A stretch of DNA of 59,893 bases, filler included. It is 4 parts of 4 records of this genome, joined end to end, with 100 filler letters (N's around TTAATTAATTAA, not from the genome) between each part and the next. Parts side by side here need not be neighbours in the genome. Positions count along the whole stretch, not along the records: positions 41,294 to 59,893 come from DRR723986_7451; 3 more parts are not named here. One strand, given 5' to 3'. Of this stretch, positions 56,264-59,893 are shown one piece after another (position 1 is the first letter of the stretch; every line of letters starts with the position of its first letter). A program made the position numbers and the translations under genes. The notes under the pieces are model-generated. The model ran no database searches. It had not been told where the DNA came from and saw only the letters and a program-made list of their open reading frames with translations.

Positions 56264-56827
56264 CTACTGGCCCAGCATCACGATCCGGTCGCACAGCGCA
56301 TCGATCGCTTTTTCCGGCGTGTCGCTGTGCACCAAGGCAGAGCGGAAACTTTCCGGTGTGAACTTGCCGTCGATGATGTGGCTCATCAGCTCGAAGAAGG
56401 GCGTCCAGAAGCCGTCTTCGTCGAGGAAGGCCATCGGCTTTGCATGCAGGCCGAGGCGTGCCCAGGACAGGATCTCGACGGCCTCCTCCAGCGTACCGAT
56501 ACCGCCCGGCAGCACGATGAAGGCGTCCGATTCCTCGAACATCATTTGCTTGCGGGTGTGCATGTCCTCGACGATGCGGTGTTCCACATCCTCATAGATC
56601 ATTTCCTTGGTCAGCAGGAAGCGGGGCATGATGCCCAGCACGTCGCCGGCCGATTCGTGCGCCGCCCGGGCGCAGGCGCCCATCAGGCCGACGCCGCCGC
56701 CGCCATAGACCAGCCGGATATCGCGTTTCGCCAGTTCCCGGCCCAGCCGTTCAGCCAGCGCGATATAGTCCGGGCGCACGTCGCCTGACGCACCGCAATA
56801 CACGCAGACCGACCGCAAATTCGACAT
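56264..56827 (-). CDS. LOG family nucleotide phosphoribohydrolase
   Basis: VCVYCGAS, YGGGGVGLMG, MHTRK and PGGIGTLEE; ATG 56827 assumed. Confidence 0.93.
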   Translation of the reverse strand: MSNLRSVCVYCGASGDVRPDYIALAERLGRELAKRDIRLVYGGGGVGLMGACARAAHESAGDVLGIMPRFLLTKEMIYEDVEHRIVEDMHTRKQMMFEESDAFIVLPGGIGTLEEAVEILSWARLGLHAKPMAFLDEDGFWTPFFELMSHIIDGKFTPESFRSALVHSDTPEKAIDALCDRIVMLGQ

Positions 56828-56970
56828 CCCCTGAACCTCGTTTTCTTTTCTCATTCCTTCCCTCATATGGGGCGCCCTTTGCCCGCGCCAGCGCGAAATT
56901 CAGGCGCTTTCAGGCCCAAAGCGGCGCTTTCGGGTTCCCTGTGGGCCCAAACGGCCCCATATCCGGGGGA

Positions 56971-58806
56971 ATGAGTCCTCCACACGACAGCCAGAACCAC
57001 GACAAGATCGAAAGCGCCGATGGTGGCCTCGGCCCCTCCATAGGGCGCATCCTGAAGCTGCTCTGGCGGCCGGAACTGGCGAAATGGCGCCCGGTCATTG
57101 CGATTGCCGTCCTGCTGACGCTGGGCGCCTCGGTGCTGGAAGTCGTCTCACCGCTCGTTGTCGGCCACGCGATCAACCAGGTCGCCCCGTCCGGGGGCGC
57201 AGCAGCTTCCTTCAGCACAGCGGCCATCTGGCTCGCTTTCGGCATCGGTGTGCGCTTCGCGGCCGGGGCCATGCCCCAGCTGCGCGACTGGCTGTTCTCG
57301 CCGGTCAGCCAGGATGCCCAGCGCGTCGCCAGCGTCGATGCTTTCGGCCATGCCCAGCTCCTGTCGCTGAATTTCCACCAGACCCGCCGCACCGGCGCCC
57401 TCAACCGTGTGATCGAGCGCGGTGCCAGTGCCATCGACTATCTGATCCGCTTCCTCGCCTTCAATATCGGGCCGACTTTTGTGCGCCTGATCCTGGCGTC
57501 CGTCGCGCTGGGTCTCGCCTATGACTACAAGCTCTCGCTGATCGCGGTCGCCACCATCGCCATCTATGTCGTCGCGACGGTTATCATCACCGAATGGCGC
57601 GTGCGCCAGCGCCGCAAGATGAACGAGGCCGACACGTATTTCCGCGCCACCTCGGTCGACATCCTCACCAATTTCGAGACGGTGAAATCCTTCGCCGCCG
57701 AGCGCCGGGAAACCGCCCGCTTCGGCAAGGCGATGGCCAATTACAACCATCATTATGTCGAGACCGTCCGGTCAATGTACATCCTGAACGCCACGCAGGC
57801 TTTCGTGATGAATGCGGGTCTCGCGGCCGTACTGGTCCTGTCGGCCTGGAACGTCATCAATGGCACGATGCAGATCGGCGACCTGACGGCCGTCATGCTG
57901 ATGATGCTGTCGCTCTATGCGCCGCTGAACATCCTCGGCTGGGCCTGGCGCGAGATCAAGCAGGGCGCCGTCGACCTCGAAAAGCTCTACGGCCTGCTCG
58001 ACATGAAACCCGAAATCACCGACGCACCGGATGCTATCGAGCTGGCCCACCCGGTTGGCAGCGTGAAATTCGAGAACGTCTCCTTCAGCCATGAAGGCCG
58101 CGCCGTCGGCGTGCAGGATGTCAGCTTGGAGCTGGAGCCCGGCAAGAAAATCGCCTTTGTCGGCACGTCCGGCGCCGGCAAATCGACCCTGCTGAAGCTC
58201 CTGTTCCGTTTCTATGACGTCAAATCCGGACGCGTGCTGGTAGATGGCCACGACGTGCGCGAGCTGACACAGGAATCGCTCCGCCGCGCCCTTGGTCTCG
58301 TGCCGCAGGATGTGGTCCTCTTCAACGACACGATCCGCAGCAACATTGCCTATGCCCGGCCCGATGCGACGGATGAGGAAGTGCGCGACGCCGCCCGCCG
58401 GGCGCAGCTGCTCGACTTCATCGAAAGCCTGCCCGAAGGCTGGAACACCCGCGTCGGCGAGCGCGGCCTGAAGCTCTCCGGCGGGGAGAAGCAGCGCGTC
58501 GGCATCGCCCGCGTCATTCTCGCCGATCCGGCCATCCTCGTGCTGGACGAGGCGACCTCGGCCCTCGACAGCGCAACCGAACAGGCCGTGCAGGAGGCCC
58601 TTGATGAGGCCTCGCAGGGCCGCACCACGCTGATGGTCGCCCACCGCCTGTCCACCGTGAAGTCCTCTGACGAAATCCTCGTGCTGGAAGCCGGGCAGGT
58701 GATCGAACGCGGAGATCACGCCACCCTGCTGTCAAAGCATGGGAAATATGCTGATATGTGGGAAAGACAGGCCCGCAGTGCGAATCTCGAACTCGTGGCC
58801 GAATAA
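56971..58806 (+). CDS. Atm1/HMT1-type ABC half-transporter
   Basis: RRTGALNRVIERG, LTNFETVKSF, GTSGAGKS, LSGGEKQR and LDEATSALD; ATG 56971 assumed. Confidence 0.92.
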   Translation: MSPPHDSQNHDKIESADGGLGPSIGRILKLLWRPELAKWRPVIAIAVLLTLGASVLEVVSPLVVGHAINQVAPSGGAAASFSTAAIWLAFGIGVRFAAGAMPQLRDWLFSPVSQDAQRVASVDAFGHAQLLSLNFHQTRRTGALNRVIERGASAIDYLIRFLAFNIGPTFVRLILASVALGLAYDYKLSLIAVATIAIYVVATVIITEWRVRQRRKMNEADTYFRATSVDILTNFETVKSFAAERRETARFGKAMANYNHHYVETVRSMYILNATQAFVMNAGLAAVLVLSAWNVINGTMQIGDLTAVMLMMLSLYAPLNILGWAWREIKQGAVDLEKLYGLLDMKPEITDAPDAIELAHPVGSVKFENVSFSHEGRAVGVQDVSLELEPGKKIAFVGTSGAGKSTLLKLLFRFYDVKSGRVLVDGHDVRELTQESLRRALGLVPQDVVLFNDTIRSNIAYARPDATDEEVRDAARRAQLLDFIESLPEGWNTRVGERGLKLSGGEKQRVGIARVILADPAILVLDEATSALDSATEQAVQEALDEASQGRTTLMVAHRLSTVKSSDEILVLEAGQVIERGDHATLLSKHGKYADMWERQARSANLELVAE

Positions 58807-58849
58807 GGGCCCTGAAAAGTTGGGATGGGAAAAGAAAGCGTGCTGAATC

Positions 58850-59752
58850 ATGGATGACCTGGACCACAAGTCCACGCCCTGGCTGAATGGTGGTTTCGAC
58901 ATTGAAGGCATCGTCGTGGCCTTCGCCGTATTCCTCGGCGCCCTGCTGCTCGGCTGGCTGTGGGCACCGCTTTTCTGGCTCGGCTTCCTCGCCTTCATCG
59001 CGACACTGCTGGCGACCCGCTGGTCGCAGCGCACGCCGCCGGAACTTGCCAGCGGCATCGTCGCACCGTGTGACGGCATAGTCGTGTCGATCAAACAGGT
59101 TGAGGCGCCACCTGAACTGCGCCTGCACACGCCTGTCGTAACCCGTGTGCGCATCTCCTCTGCGCCGGTCTCTACCAACAAGATCTACACGCCGATCTCC
59201 GGCAGCCTGGAACATGTCACGCTCGAAGAGGGTGACTCCTCCATCCCGATCGCCATGCGCGCGGATGACGAGGGGCTGGCCCGGGCGTGGATGTGCTTCG
59301 AAAGCCATAGCCAGCAGGTCGGCATCCGCCTCGCGTCCGGTGGCTTCGGTCCGCGCATCGAGATCGACATGAACGCAGGCGACATTGCCCGGCTGGGCAA
59401 GCCGTGCGGCACGCGCCGCCTTGGCGGCTGGTGCGATCTCTACATCCCGGTCAGCTCGGGCAAACTCATCTGGCCCGGCCAGTCACTTGTTGGCGGGGAG
59501 ACCGTGATCGGACGCCTCCGCTCCGATGCGCACGATGCGGATGAGGACGAGATCGAGGAGGCGTTTGAGATTCAGCGCGAAGCTGCGGCCGGCGTTGCAG
59601 AGGAAGATCCGTTCGAACCGGTGCTTGCCGAAGACGAGGAAGACGACGAGCAATATGTCTCGCCCGAAGACGCGGACGTCTCGGAAGAAGACCCGGCCAT
59701 CCTCTTCGCCCGCCTCCGCGAAGCTGCCCGCCGCTCCGAAGAAGGCGATTGA
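58850..59752 (+). CDS. Phosphatidylserine decarboxylase homolog lacking the self-cleavage Ser, with an acidic tail
   Basis: Psd layout (TM, RTPP, VAPCDG, YTPISG, DLYIP, GQSLVGGETVIG), but the usual IRFGSRVD reads RRLGGWCD. Confidence 0.75.
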   Translation: MDDLDHKSTPWLNGGFDIEGIVVAFAVFLGALLLGWLWAPLFWLGFLAFIATLLATRWSQRTPPELASGIVAPCDGIVVSIKQVEAPPELRLHTPVVTRVRISSAPVSTNKIYTPISGSLEHVTLEEGDSSIPIAMRADDEGLARAWMCFESHSQQVGIRLASGGFGPRIEIDMNAGDIARLGKPCGTRRLGGWCDLYIPVSSGKLIWPGQSLVGGETVIGRLRSDAHDADEDEIEEAFEIQREAAAGVAEEDPFEPVLAEDEEDDEQYVSPEDADVSEEDPAILFARLREAARRSEEGD

Positions 59753-59767
59753 TCGGCCGGGCGTAGC

Positions 59768-59793
59768 GTAGGGCGGAGGCAATCCTCCGGCCC
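59768..59793 (+). repeat. GTAG-type REP-like hairpin / possible terminator
   Basis: GTAG followed by the stem-loop GGCGGAGG-caat-CCTCCGGCC just after the psd-like stop; no U-tract. Confidence 0.4.
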
Positions 59794-59893
59794 GCGTCCC
59801 GTAAGATCATGTAACCGCAGAAAAATTCCGGAAAATCCGATCACCGGATTCCCGTGTTAAGTCCCCATGCCAGTCTTCCGGCATGACAGACCT

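Overview
The window is not one locus. It holds four unrelated bacterial contigs joined by artificial N44-TTAATTAATTAA-N44 linkers (15977-16076, 22381-22480, 41194-41293). Taxonomy below is inferred from gene content and my recognition of protein families; no search was run. (1) 1-15976, planctomycete: nitroreductase, alpha/beta hydrolase, trkA-trkH, bioF, a DUF1549/DUF1553 + DUF1501 pair, several hypothetical exported proteins and a REP/BIME-like repeat at the contig end. (2) 16077-22380, Rhodobacteraceae-like alphaproteobacterium: tenA with a thiamine-precursor ABC transporter, radC, a PstS-like/OmpA fusion with a partner gene, and the 3' end of secA. (3) 22481-41193, gammaproteobacterium: a half tRNA-fMet with a textbook stable-RNA promoter, SDR, acyltransferases, dinG-yqcC, two sensor kinases opposite a FixJ-like regulator frameshifted by a 7-bp duplication, TetR plus a cholesterol-oxidase-like GMC enzyme with twin operators, an ETR1-type ethylene-receptor homolog whose kinase lacks the phospho-His, and a copper-binding RiPP locus (EGKCG-repeat HvfA/BufA2-type precursor, DoxX, ECF sigma, zf-HC2 anti-sigma) with back-to-back TGTAAC-N16-CRTCTA promoters. 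(4) 41294-59893, Hyphomonadaceae-like alphaproteobacterium: crotonase, metallophosphoesterase, an uncharacterised membrane/coiled-coil + vWA-like pair behind a CtrA-like box, xth, tatABC, an NYN protein, serS-surE-pcm-yajC-secDF, LOG, an Atm1-type ABC transporter and a phosphatidylserine decarboxylase homolog lacking its catalytic Ser. The best candidate for a new system is the His-less ethylene-receptor homolog next to the ECF-controlled copper RiPP locus (37922-41193).
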